A program made the translations under genes and the position numbers. A stretch of DNA of 64,000 nucleotides from the NCBI GenBank assembly GCA_963751345.1, contig CAVVUS010000018.1, forward strand, positions 128,001-192,000, given 5' to 3'. The notes beneath the pieces were generated by a model, which worked only from the letters and a program-made list of their open reading frames with translations, was not told the DNA's origin and ran no database searches. Positions 44,701 through 55,338 of this stretch are shown piece by piece. Each line of letters begins with the position of its first letter. Within the stretch, counting starts at the first letter, position 1. The stretch comes from an uncultured Chloroflexia bacterium (GTDB lineage: Bacteria; Chloroflexota; Anaerolineae; B4-G1; SLSP01).

Positions 44701-45174
44701 CAGCTTGTCGGCCATGTCGCGCAGCGTGTCGGGGTCGTTCCAATCCATCCAATAGCCCAGCCGGATCGACTGTTCGGTCTGTCTTGCCGCCTGGCGCAGG
44801 ACGCGGGCCTTGCACTCCAGGACGAAGGGCGCGAGGCCGTAGACCTCGATGTCGTGTTTGTCCACGAAGCCCTTTTCCTTTTCCACCTCGACCTCGACCC
44901 ACAATCCCTGGCAGTCGAAGCCGTTCTGGTACCGCTCCTGGTACCCATGCATCGCCCAATAGCGCTGCCAGAGGTCCTTGTAACTGCGGCCCCAGCCGTG
45001 ATGAACGCCCATCGGGTTGTTCGCCGTGATCGGACCGTCGATAAACGACCACCGTGGCGCCCCCGCCCGCAGCTCGTTGAGCTTGCGGAACGCCTCGGTA
45101 CGCGTCCAGAACTCCAGGATGTCGTGCTCCAGCGCAACAAAGTCGACCTGTGTGCCCACCGGTTTGAATGCCAT
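41738..45174 (-). CDS. ileS: isoleucine--tRNA ligase type 2, split by two indels (about 43440 and 42830)
   Basis: DGPITANNPMGVHH, GFDCQGLWVE, LVWTTTPWTL, GTGIVHIAPG, DWMISKKRYWG, PMHKS, LSNWYIRRSRRRFW, KVRQPL, EGLAREVVRRVQELRK. Confidence 0.95.
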
Positions 45175-45190
45175 CCTCTGCCTCCTCCGT

Positions 45191-45218
45191 GCAAGGTCAG
45201 GCTGCAGTCTGACCTTGC
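45191..45218. repeat. palindrome between the Ile T-box terminator and the ileS RBS
   Basis: GCAAGGTCAGGCTGCAGTCTGACCTTGC. Confidence 0.7.
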
Positions 45219-45228
45219 TTCAGAATAC

Positions 45229-45510
45229 AAAACGCTCCCGCCCAATCAGGGACGGGAGCGTGCGCTCTCGCGATACCACCCTGCTTGTCCCGCCTGCACG
45301 CGGGACCGCTCGGTCGATGGCCAACACCACCGTGCCTTGGGTAACGGGCGGCAACCCCGGCCCGGCTTAGTGGCGACGTCTCTCAAAGGAGAGATCGCGT
45401 TCGGCGGGCAGCTCCGGAGGGATTTTCAGCGTACTCCTCGCCGTCCGGCTCGCACCCACCCGGACTCGCTTGGGCGCGTGCCTGCGCCTACTCGTCTCCA
45501 TCAACGCTTT
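45229..45510 (-). ncRNA. T-box riboswitch (Ile)
   Basis: Minus strand: stem I with GAGTAG and GAA-A-ATC specifier (Ile AUC, 45421-23); T-box AGGGTGGTATCGCG (45269-82); terminator CGCTCCCGTCCC..GGGCGGGAGCG-TTTT (45229-60). Confidence 0.92.
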
Positions 45511-45530
45511 TCAGCTCCATCTACATTTTC

Positions 45531-45558
45531 ATTATGCCACGGGTGAGCAATCTGTCAA
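45531..45558 (-). promoter_or_regulatory. promoter of the ileS leader
   Basis: TTGACA, 16-bp spacer ending TGG, CATAAT on the minus strand. Confidence 0.65.
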
Positions 45559-45562
45559 GCAA

Positions 45563-45622
45563 CGCGGAACCTTGCGGTGGTGGCCCGAGTAGGCCGGGGT
45601 TGAACCTCTGCAGGGTTCCGCG
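45563..45622. repeat. composite palindromic (REP-like) element, intergenic copy
   Basis: CGCGGAACCTTG / CAGGGTTCCGCG arms (11/12 complementary) around GGCCCGAG (45582-89). Confidence 0.65.
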
Positions 45623-45631
45623 TCCTGCCGG

Positions 45632-47036
45632 CTAGAACGAGGCGTTAGCGTGCGAGATCTCCAGGCCGTTGACGCGCATGAACTTCGGCACGATGATCGC
45701 GGCGGGATTGCGTGCCCCGTAGCTGTGCGAGGTGTTGTACGGCACCGTCTGCTGCGAGAGCCAGGCCACCTTATCGCCAAAGACGTCCAGCAGGCTCTGG
45801 GTCAGGCGCACGTTGTAGGGAATCGTCACCGACCCATCCTTCTTGAGCAGCAGCGCGCCAAAGCGCGAGCTGCCGGTGACGATGCCCTTGGTGGGATTGA
45901 CGATGTTCGTATAGTGCAGGAAGGGGATGTAGAGCAGGTCCTTGTCCCGCGGCGCCGCGACCAGCGCCTCCAGCGAACCGACGTCCTCCGTGCCGCCCTC
46001 CAGCACCAGGCTCTTGTGACCCACCGTGTGCCCCGTAGGCTGCTCGCCGAACTCGTCGGCGTCGTCCTGCGTCCAGACGAAGCCCTTGAAGACGCCCTGC
46101 TCGAAGAGCGGGAAGCGGTCACGCCGGATGCCGGTGAAGTCGCGCTTATAGGGGAAGGTCTCCAGACGGCCGGGATCGTCCACGAGCGTGACCTTCTCCG
46201 AGAAGACTCTCTGCCCGACCTGGTCCTGGCTCAGAAACGAGTAGCCGCGCTTCATCATCCCGCCGTTGAAGCCGACGCAGTTCATAAACGAGAGCAAGTC
46301 CGCCGTCGCCGCGGGGCCGAAGACGATATCGTAGGTGCCGAGGGGGAGTTGTCCGGCCGGGTCCTGGGTGAACTGCTCGACCAGGTAGGCCAGGTCGTCG
46401 TCGCAGGGGCTGCGGATCGATCTCGGCCTTCTGCTGCGCGGATCGTTCGGCTTGCACCTCCCACTTCTCTTCGTTATGCGCCAGGACGACCGTGACCTGG
46501 GCGTCGGTGGTGCGGAAGAACTGGGAGTGCTCGGAGCGGGTGTTGATCTGGGCGACGGTGTTGACGCCGCTGGAGAAGATGCCGGAGAGCTGGAGCCCAG
46601 CGGTGATGTTTTCCGCCGGGCTTTCCAGACCTGCTACCGCCACGTTGAAGGTGGCCAGTTTGTCGGCGCTGTTGATCTCAGCCAGTGCACGGTCATAGGC
46701 ACCCTCGTCGGCGAACGAGGTCTCGAACACGGGAACCGTGGGGTCGTAGGCCAGCGGCTGAACGTGCTCTACCATTTCGGCTGCGATGTCGATACCCTCT
46801 TTCATCTCGTCGACGTGGTCGAGGTCGGTGATCATCTCGTAACTGGCGCGTTTCCGACCGTCGGTCGCCGTGATCTCCAGCCGGATAAGGTGCTCGCTGG
46901 TATTGAGCGAGACGGCCGAGTTCGCAAAGCGCATCAACGTGCTGTCTTCCTCGTGATAGAAGAGCTCGATCTCGCACGGTTTCGTCAGGCCGTAGGCCCG
47001 CAGGTCGCTTAGGGTTTGTAGGATGCGAGCTTTCAT
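45632..47036 (-). CDS. TldE/PmbA family protein, frameshift near 46400
   Basis: STLMRFANS, SFLSQDQVGQRVFSEKVTLVDDP, LHYTNIVNP..TGSSR, VPKF; adjacent to tldD. Confidence 0.82.
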
Positions 47037-47038
47037 GC

Positions 47039-48493
47039 TTATTCTCCGATCCTCACGTCATCGAAACGGCAGACGGGAACACCGTGGCCGAGCTGCATCA
47101 CCTGGTTGGGCTGTCCTTTCCCGCAGTTGTCGACGTAGACCACTTGCCACGTCGAGGCATCGCCCACCGCCGAGAGCGCGTTCCAGAACTTCAGTGTGTC
47201 GTCCTTGTAGGTGGAGTTCTTGACCACCTCGGTCACCTGGCCATCCTCCACCAACCAGCCGATTTCGGTGCCGAAGTGGAACTGCTCGCGGTTGGAGCCG
47301 ATCGACCAACTCCGGTCGCCGTCGAGGATGATGCCCCGCTCGGTGGCGGCGACGATATCGTCGAGCGTGCCGTCCGTGCCAGGGTCGATGTTGATGTTGG
47401 TCATACGCTCGATAGGCACGCGGTAGAAGGACGTGGCACGGTTCGCCCCGCCGCTCTCCTCGAAAATCACGCGGCGGGCCTTGGCGTTGGCCTCCTCGAC
47501 CATCTGGCGGCCCGTGATGGCGCCGACCAGGATCCCGCGATCGATCAGCACGGTATCCTTTGCGGGGACGCCGTCGTCGTCGTAGCCAAAGCTGCCGGGA
47601 GTGTTAGGTAACGTGGCGTCAGCCCGCGCTGTCAGCTTTTCCGAGCCGTAGCGCAACTTCCCAAAATCCTTCAGGGTGACGAAGGATCCTCCGGCGAATG
47701 CCAGCTCGTAGCCCAGGATGCGGTCGAGCTCGAGCGCATGGCCGATTGTCTCGTGGGTCTGCAGGTACATGATCCCCGGTAGCAGGATCACCGACCGGTC
47801 GTCCACGGGGCACTGGCGGGCTTGAAGCACCTGGTTGAGTTCGTGGACGATGCGCTCCGCGTTCTCGGCGAAGTAAGCGTCGTCGATGGATTCCCAGCCG
47901 CGGGTATCGCCTCGTCGACCCAGGCGGAAGGAGCGTTCCTGTGTCGCGCCCTGCGCATCCACGCCGAGGATGCCGATGCTGCCGAAGACCTCGGTGATGT
48001 GCTTCTCAATCTCGCTGCCCTCGGAATCGACGAACGTGATCTGCTTGCGTGTGAAGTCCAGCCGGCCGATGCGCTGGGTGACGCCGGGTTGATCCAGCGC
48101 TGCGTCCATCGTCTTGAGAAACTCGATCTTGTCCGAGAGGGGAACGTCGAAGGGATCAACCTCGCAGGGACTGGTGAACGCCGCCTCAATGGCATCCTTC
48201 TCCGCCAGCCGCACCGGAAAGGTCACCCGCTCGGCGGCGACGCGAGCGTTGTCGAGCGCTTTGTCGAAGATCGCGCTCAGGTTGCTGACGTCCGAGGACG
48301 CAGCAAAGCCCCAGGCGCCCTTGTACAGCACGCGGATGCCCACGCCACTCTCGCGTGAGGCCGCAGCCTGTTTGAGGTTACCGTTCCACATCGTCAGCGC
48401 ATTGGATTCCTCGAACGGGTACCACCGGCAGTCCACATACATGGCGCCGGCCCGTTTGATACGGTCGAGATGCGCTTTAATCTGATCTATCAT
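47039..48493 (-). CDS. tldD: TldD family metalloprotease
   Basis: GVGIRVLYKGAWGFA, HETIGHALELD (HExxGH), GSFGYDDDG, PIERMTN, NCGKGQP; AGGAGG RBS. Confidence 0.92.
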   Translation of the reverse strand: MIDQIKAHLDRIKRAGAMYVDCRWYPFEESNALTMWNGNLKQAAASRESGVGIRVLYKGAWGFAASSDVSNLSAIFDKALDNARVAAERVTFPVRLAEKDAIEAAFTSPCEVDPFDVPLSDKIEFLKTMDAALDQPGVTQRIGRLDFTRKQITFVDSEGSEIEKHITEVFGSIGILGVDAQGATQERSFRLGRRGDTRGWESIDDAYFAENAERIVHELNQVLQARQCPVDDRSVILLPGIMYLQTHETIGHALELDRILGYELAFAGGSFVTLKDFGKLRYGSEKLTARADATLPNTPGSFGYDDDGVPAKDTVLIDRGILVGAITGRQMVEEANAKARRVIFEESGGANRATSFYRVPIERMTNINIDPGTDGTLDDIVAATERGIILDGDRSWSIGSNREQFHFGTEIGWLVEDGQVTEVVKNSTYKDDTLKFWNALSAVGDASTWQVVYVDNCGKGQPNQVMQLGHGVPVCRFDDVRIGE

Positions 48494-48587
48494 CCTCAAT
48501 CCTCCTATGATAACAGCTCTTCAGGGTGTCCGATCTTTGCCCTGGATGTCTGCAGCGTGGTGGCGTCGTACCGATCACCACGGTTGG

Positions 48588-50407
48588 TCATCGATTGTAC
48601 CATTGCGATTGCTCATTGTGAAGGCGAGCATATTCACCGCCGGCTGCCATCAGTTCATCGTGGCTCCCATCTTCGACGATGTGCCCTCCGGCGAAGACCA
48701 CGATTCGGTCGCACAGGGCGGCGATGCTGATACGGTGGGTCACCATGATGACCGTCCGTTCCCGCGCCATATCGATATAGCGCCTGAAGATATCCGCCTC
48801 TGCGAGGGGGTCCAGGTTGGACGTGGGCTCGTCCAGGATGATGAAATCGCGATTGCGGTAGTAGGCTCTGGCAATGGCGAGTTTCTGCCATTGGCCGCCC
48901 GACAGTTCTGTGCCGCCGATGTCTTTGCCCAACAGCGCATCCCGGTCGACATTGTCAAAGCCCGCTGCCGCCAGAGAAACCTCGATGTCCGCCGGGCTGC
49001 GCTGACGTCCCGGGTCCCCCAGCCACACATTATCGGCGACGGTGAAGGTATTGTACTGTGCCGGATTCTGAAAGACTGCCGACATCGCGCCATAGCGCGA
49101 GGCGGGATCCAACTCCGCGACGGGGAGACCATTCACGCGCAGATCGCCGTTCGACGGATCGAGCATGCCGCTGATAAGCTTGACGAAGGTTGTCTTTCCC
49201 GCGCCGTTCTCACCGACAAAGGCGATCTTCTCGCCTTTGTCGATGGTCAGGTTGACACCGTCCAGCACATACCGGTCGGTGAGCGGGTAGCGGTATTGAA
49301 GGTCTCGGGCTGCAATCCCATCGATCTGCGATATCGCCGTGTCTCCGGCAGCCTGCTCCTGTAGGTCCATCAGGCTGAAAAACGCGGTGGCCTCGTTCTT
49401 CTTCGCGACGAAGGTCGCTACTGCTGTGAAGAGCGCCGAGGTATCGGCGATCAGCGTGCCAATCAGACTGACAACAGCGCCCAGTGCACCGATGGAGATG
49501 CGCCCGGCGGTCATGAGCAGGATGGCGAACACGTTGGCGCCGACCGAAGCGAGGGTCGAGATGGCGGTAGATATCGTGTTCAGCACCGCACTGCGGACCT
49601 GCGTCTTCTTCTCCTCAACGGTGTATTGGTCGCTGAGATCTCGCCATTTTTCGTAGAAGAAGCCGTGCAGTCCGAGCGCTTTGATCTCCTTCGCAGCCGG
49701 TCCAAGCATCAGATCCTGATAGTAGGTGAACTCCCGCACCAGCTTTGAGTTGGCCTGGATCAGTTTGAACCTGAGCTTGTTGCCGACGTAGGTCGTATAG
49801 AGGGTCGGGATGGGCACGATGAACACGATAAGCGTTAGCAGGGGATGAAAGAGCCACAGCGACAGCGCGATGCTCACGACACTGACACTCTTCGCGATGA
49901 TCGTGTAGCCGTTGACCATGATCTCACGATTCATGCCGTCCAACCGTTCTGTGTGTAATCGAAGACCTGCTTGATGGTGTCGTTGATCCGGGGTACTTCC
50001 ATACATTCGGGGGATAGTCGCGCGATTTTGGTGTAGATCCTCGTGTTGAGGTGCTCCTGCAGGCGGTTCATCTGCACCTTGTCGAGCCGCTCAATATCCT
50101 CCCTGGCCTGCGTGTACCGGTTGATCAGATCGCACAGAAAGCCGATGAGATAGTATGTGGCCACCAGTAGCACCATTGGGAGGATCTGGCCTCCGGGAAG
50201 GTAACCGTTCGCGAGGTCGATGTAGCGGCCCCATAGGTAAGCGAGGACCGGGCGTAGCAGGCTCAACAGCACCATAAGGGAGATGAAGATGGCGCACATG
50301 ACCTTTGCCGAACTGAGGACGTACCCGAACATACGAGAAAGATCCCTGAGGCTGCTCTTGCGCTCCTTCTGTAGCTCCGTCTCCAGGGAGTTAGTCCTAT
50401 CCTGCAT
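48588..50407 (-). CDS. ABC exporter (TMD+NBD), one frameshift near 49945
   Basis: GENGAGKTT, LSGGQWQKLAIARA, ILDEPT; N-terminal TM part in ORF 49931-50476. Confidence 0.9.
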
Positions 50408-52234
50408 GGGTCGCTCCATTCCATGCCCCGGACGTCTGCCGGTACCAGTGCTTCTGGGCTTCAAACATATCCGCATATAGACCGCCGGACGTCATCAACT
50501 GTCGGTGGGTGCCTTCCTGGGTCACGACGCCGTGCTGTATGACGAGGATGCGGTCCGTGATCATCGTCGAGGCCAGGCGATGGGTGATGAATATGGCGGT
50601 TTTCCCGCTGGCTATCTCGGCGAACTCTCGGTAAAGTTGGCTCTCGGCGATGGGGTCCAGTTGACTGGTGGGTTCGTCGAGCAATAGCACCGGCTTATCT
50701 CCCATGAACGCCCGGGCGATGGCGATCCGCTGCCACTGTCCGCCCGATACGTCGACGCCGCCATCGAAGTCGCGACCGAGGATGGTATCATATCCGTTCG
50801 GTAGGTCTCCGGCGAACTGGTCTACCTTGCCCTTGCGGGCCGCATAGTCGATCCTGTCCTCGTCGTGCAGTTGGTCTATGAATCCCACGCCGATGTTTTC
50901 CCGCAGCGTGATGGAGTAGCGGTTGAAATCCTGGAACACGGGGCCGAAGATGGCGGTGAGCGTCTTGCGCGAATAGCTGCCGATGGGCCGTCCGCCCAAC
51001 AAGATCTCGCCGCGGTCGGGCTCGAACAGGCGCAGCAGCAGCTTGATCATAGTGGTCTTGCCCTCGCCGTTTTCGCCGACGATGGAGAGCTTCTCACCGT
51101 CCTCCACGCGGAAATTCAGCCCCCGGAGCACATCCCGGTCGGTGCCGGGATAGCGGAACCACACGTCCCGAAACTCGATATCGAACTCGTCGGGCAGGGC
51201 ATCGGAGCCGTGTTCGGTCTCCTCCGATAGATCAAGGTAGCGGTCATAGTAGTCAAAGAAGTTGATGTGATATCCGCTCCACCGATAGACGCCGACGCCC
51301 CAGGAGATAGTCTCAAACAGATTGGTCAATATGGTCAGGGAGAAAGTGATGAACAGTCCGACGGTGATCTGACCGGTGATGAACAGGTACAGCACCAGGA
51401 GTACGTTCAAGAGTTTGGCGAGCTTGGTGATGTTGCCGCCGAGGAAATGGCGCTTCAGGTGCTTGAAATAGTACCCTTCATACTCGCGGTTGCGGGCATT
51501 GAGACGCTTGCGGTAGGTCTCGATGAGATCGCTCGCTGAGCCGAAGAGCTTCATCTCCCGGAGGTAGTCGCGCGAGCGCAGATAGCCGCCGAGGATGTTG
51601 TACCGGCGCTCCTGATTCCAGTATCCTTCGAGTTCGAGGTAGATATTGTAGTTGTGCTTGGAGGCGTACCAGATCTCCAAGACCGCCGGGATGAGGATGG
51701 TCAGCGGTAGCCACCACTTGGCGTAGCCCATATAGATGAGGATGCCGGCGGCCCCGGTGAGGTTGGAGACGAAGTTCGTGACGTACATCGGAAACAGGTG
51801 CCGGGCTGAGGTTTCCGCGCGATGATAGGCCTTGTCGATGATTTCCATCGCCGTTTCGTTTTCGAGATGCTCGTATTTCATGCGCTCCAGTTTCTTCAGC
51901 ATACGGCTCTTGAAAGCGGTGCGCAGGATCAGTAATGAACGCGGCTCGACAAAACCGTAGATGTACACCTCGTTGAGGATCGGCGGCAAGAGGGCCAGGA
52001 GCACAAAGGCGATGAGATAGGGCAGATAGCTGCCGAAGGTGATGGTCCCTGCGGCCAACGCTATGCCGTCGTCGAAGATGTGCCGGTTGACGACGAGGGT
52101 CAGCAGTCGCATGATACCCAGAGCAAAGGCCGTCAGGAAGGTGAGGGCTACCATCGCCGGCGCCTCGGCCGCGATGATGCCGAGCAGCTCTTTATACGCC
52201 TAATCACGCGATTCCCTTGCGCCTGGTTTTTCAT
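50397..52234 (-). CDS. ABC exporter (TMD+NBD), indel near start
   Basis: GENGEGKTT, VSGGQWQRIAIARA, LLDEPT; likely ATG at 52234. Confidence 0.9.
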
Positions 52235-52302
52235 CTGGAACCCCTGGAGAATGTGTCAGATGGTCCGCGAATCCTATGTGGGTCGCACCGGACGACCTGC
52301 CT

Positions 52303-52331
52303 ATTGTAAAGTTAGAGTTTCATATTGTCAA
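52303..52331 (-). promoter_or_regulatory. sigma70 promoter of the ABC exporter pair
   Basis: TTGACA, 17-bp spacer, TACAAT on the minus strand. Confidence 0.7.
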
Positions 52332-52454
52332 GGCAGAAACTTGATAGAGTTAATCCATGTGTGAATAATCGTCAGCCGGGCGATCGCCACGACCCGTGAA
52401 GAGAGCTACTTCTGGAGGTTTCGACAACGCTCTGATGAGTGAACTTACACTATC

Positions 52455-52853
52455 ATGATCGCGCTGGAGCCGATCGCCGAGCCAAATACGCTGTGGCCGA
52501 TGTATCCGGATGGCATTGCCTTCGCAAAGGAGGTCGATCGTCCCTCGGTACGTGTGATGGCCGACCTGGCCTATTTTATTCGTGGGAATCAGCCTCTGGA
52601 GCTCATCGCTGAAGAGCCCGACTATTGCTTGCACGTGCATATCGCGGGCGAGGGCGGTCAGCCAGGCGTTGGCGACAGACAGGAGATTCTACTGCGGCTC
52701 TTCCGGGTCCTGCGTGACGCCGGATACGAACGTGGGGTTTCCGCGGCATGTCCGTGGGTCAGCACCGATGGGGGCAGTCTCAACTTCGGCGTGGAGACGG
52801 CCAAATCGCTGGCATATCTCCAGGAACTTCGCGAGCAGGTCTACGAGGAGTAG
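52455..52853 (+). pseudogene. C-terminal remnant of a sugar phosphate isomerase/epimerase
   Basis: IALEP..N, VMADLAY, LHVHIAG, LRDAGYERGVS; only 132 aa, no N-terminal half and no RBS. Confidence 0.65.
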
Positions 52854-52989
52854 GCACGGGCGTGTCCGCTCGGCGAAGACTCTGCGGTGTGGCTCGCTGT
52901 CCTCGTCGTCATACCTTGAGCGCAGGCCGTGGTCATCTCGCTCGGTGAGCGCCATTCTGAATTCCCCGGTTGACGCCCCTTCGATGCTA

Positions 52990-53232
52990 CTATCCACCTC
53001 CTACCGGGGGAAAGATACCCACCTCAGCGTCAGGCATGAGGCGGAAGATCTTGGCGCGAGCGTGTCCATCTACAAAGGCGACTTTGACTTCCCGTTCCGG
53101 TATACCCAGCTGAGCGAACAGATGCGCAATCGTGGAGCCGTCCGGCAACGCGACGTCGAAGGGCTGGTCTGCCTTTTCGGGATCGGGGGCGTAGCGTTTC
53201 AGTAGTGCGTAAAGCTTCACGGTTACGTTCAT
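52990..53232 (-). CDS. moaD: MoaD/ThiS family sulfur carrier
   Basis: MNVTVKLYALL..EVGIFPPVGGG with C-terminal diglycine; divergent from AOR. Confidence 0.88.
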   Translation of the reverse strand: MNVTVKLYALLKRYAPDPEKADQPFDVALPDGSTIAHLFAQLGIPEREVKVAFVDGHARAKIFRLMPDAEVGIFPPVGGG

Positions 53233-53449
53233 ATAGCGCCTCCCACATACATGAGTTTCACTCTGAATGATACCATGCTGAGGCTTGAAGGCACTCTCAA
53301 CACGGTGCTCTATTTGACCTCCGCGTGAATCGTGTAAAATGTGACGGAATTGGGCTACAGCGCCCAAGCATCTATCTTGTCACGGCGTCTATCGGGATGC
53401 GTTGCTTCCGCCATAGCAACAACCCAACCATGCCCCAACGGAGGAGTTA

Positions 53450-55330
53450 ATGAACGGCTATACTGGGAAGATTCTCAGGGTGGACCTGACGAATCAGACG
53501 ATGGAAGTGGAAGAGCCCGATGAGGTATTTTACCGTCGCTACCTGGGTGGCGCGGGCTTGATCGCGTATTATTTGCTCAAAGAGGTTGATGCGGACACCG
53601 ATCCCCTGGGTCCGGATAACCTGTTGATCTTCGCGGGCGGCCCGATCACGGGCGTGCCCATCGCGGGGTCGGGCCGCAGCGCCGTGGGCGGAAAGTCCCC
53701 GCTCAACGGAGGATACGGCGAGGCCGATGTGGGTGGCTTCTTCGGCGCCGAGCTTCGCCGCGCGGGGTACGACGCCGTCGTGGTGCGTGGGATCGCCGAC
53801 AGCCCGGTCTATCTGTGGCTGCACGACGGCGAGGCCGAGATCCGCCCGGCGGATCACCTTTGGGGGATGACGACGGGCGATACCCAGGCGACGGTTCGCG
53901 AGGAACTGGGTGAGAAAAACGCGCGCTGTGCTCTCATCGGGCCGGCCGGGGAGAAGATGGTGCGCTATGCCTGCGTCATCAACGACCTGAAGCACGCCGC
54001 CGGCCGCACCGGGCTCGGTGCCGTGATGGGATCGAAGAAGCTCAAGTGCGTGGTGGCGCGTGGGAAGACCGCGGTGCCGCTGGCCGATAAAGATGGCGTC
54101 CAGGCGTTGGCCAGGTACATGACCAACAACTGGAAGGATAAGGCCTGGAGCATGCACGACCTGGGGACGCCGGGCGGCCTGACTGGCCTGCACAAGCAGG
54201 GCAAGCTGCCGACACGCAACTTCCAGGATGGGCAGTTCGAGGGCAACGAGCTTATCGGCGGCGAGGCCTTGCGCGATACGCTCCTGATCGACCGCGGGGG
54301 ATGCTATGCCTGCCCGATCCGCTGCAAGCGCGTCGTTGAGGTCAACGACGAGGACTACCAGGTGAATCCGATCTACGGCGGCCCCGAATATGAGACGTTG
54401 GGCTCGTTCGGCTCGGTCTGTGGTGTAGACGACCTGCGGGCGATCTCGAAGGCCAATGAGATCTGCAATGCCTATGGGATGGATACGATCTCGGCCGGCA
54501 TGACGGTGGCCTTTGCGATGGAATGCTACGAGAACGAGCTGCTCAGCGTCGAGGACACCGGCGGCCTGGAGTTGAGGTTTGGCAATGCCAAGGCGATGGT
54601 GGCGGCGGTCCAGCAGATTGCCGATCGCCAGGGACTGGGCGACCTCCTGGCCGAGGGTCCCAGCATCGCAGCCGTCAAGATCGGCGGAGAGGCGGAGTCC
54701 TTCGTCATCAGCACGCACGATCAGCCATTCCCGATGCACGAGTGTCGATCGCGCCACGGCCAGGCGTTAGGCTACGCGGTCTCACCGACGGGTGCCGACC
54801 ATATGCACAACATCTGGGATGAGGGCTTGGCTAACGAGCCGGTGGGCGAGGGATGGCAGGGGATGGGGGTCTACACGTCCGTGCCCGCCACCGAACTCGC
54901 CCCGGCCAAGGTGCACGCCTACACCGTTACGGCCAACCAGAAATGGATGGAGAACTCGCTGGGCCTTTGTGCCTTCATTCCGTGGACCAACGATGAGAAG
55001 GTCGAGATTGTGCGTGCCATCACGGGATGGGAGACGAATCAGTGGGAGTTGCTGACCGCAGGCGAGCGCAGTGTCACGATGATGCGCCTCTTCAACCTGC
55101 GGTGTGGCTGGACGCGTGCGGATGACGTGCTTCCGGCACGGATGGCGGAGCACCACCGCACCGGCTCGGTCACCGAGGAGCCTGTACTCCCCGAGGATCT
55201 GGCCGCGGCCGTCACCCGATTCTACGGGATGATGGGTTGGGATGAGGAGACCGGTGTGCCCACGATGACCCGGTTGGAAGAACTGGAGATCGAGTGGGCA
55301 GCAGCGCCTCGGACGGCACGCCAATTCTGA
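53450..55330 (+). CDS. aor: aldehyde:ferredoxin oxidoreductase (tungsten AOR family)
   Basis: GYTGKILRVDL, KSPL, IGPAGE, AGRTGLGAVMGSKKLK, CYACPIRC, GPEYET, GMDTIS, GADH. Confidence 0.93.
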   Translation: MNGYTGKILRVDLTNQTMEVEEPDEVFYRRYLGGAGLIAYYLLKEVDADTDPLGPDNLLIFAGGPITGVPIAGSGRSAVGGKSPLNGGYGEADVGGFFGAELRRAGYDAVVVRGIADSPVYLWLHDGEAEIRPADHLWGMTTGDTQATVREELGEKNARCALIGPAGEKMVRYACVINDLKHAAGRTGLGAVMGSKKLKCVVARGKTAVPLADKDGVQALARYMTNNWKDKAWSMHDLGTPGGLTGLHKQGKLPTRNFQDGQFEGNELIGGEALRDTLLIDRGGCYACPIRCKRVVEVNDEDYQVNPIYGGPEYETLGSFGSVCGVDDLRAISKANEICNAYGMDTISAGMTVAFAMECYENELLSVEDTGGLELRFGNAKAMVAAVQQIADRQGLGDLLAEGPSIAAVKIGGEAESFVISTHDQPFPMHECRSRHGQALGYAVSPTGADHMHNIWDEGLANEPVGEGWQGMGVYTSVPATELAPAKVHAYTVTANQKWMENSLGLCAFIPWTNDEKVEIVRAITGWETNQWELLTAGERSVTMMRLFNLRCGWTRADDVLPARMAEHHRTGSVTEEPVLPEDLAAAVTRFYGMMGWDEETGVPTMTRLEELEIEWAAAPRTARQF

Positions 55331-55338
55331 TTGGCGCT

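Noticed and set aside
41738-45174. ileS (and pheT, tldE) as pseudogenes or programmed frameshifts
   Set aside because: ileS and pheT are essential and have intact T-box leaders; no slippery heptamers were noticed at the breaks, and indels are pervasive in the window.
34325-54757. Long antisense ORFs (34325-35290, 36815-37984, 38933-40048, 44422-45546, 53447-54757)
   Set aside because: These are shadow frames of well-supported genes in GC-rich DNA and carry no recognisable motifs.
52990-55330. moaD next to aor as a novel ubiquitin-like system
   Set aside because: MoaD-family genes commonly flank tungsten AOR genes; no E1/JAB partners are in the window.
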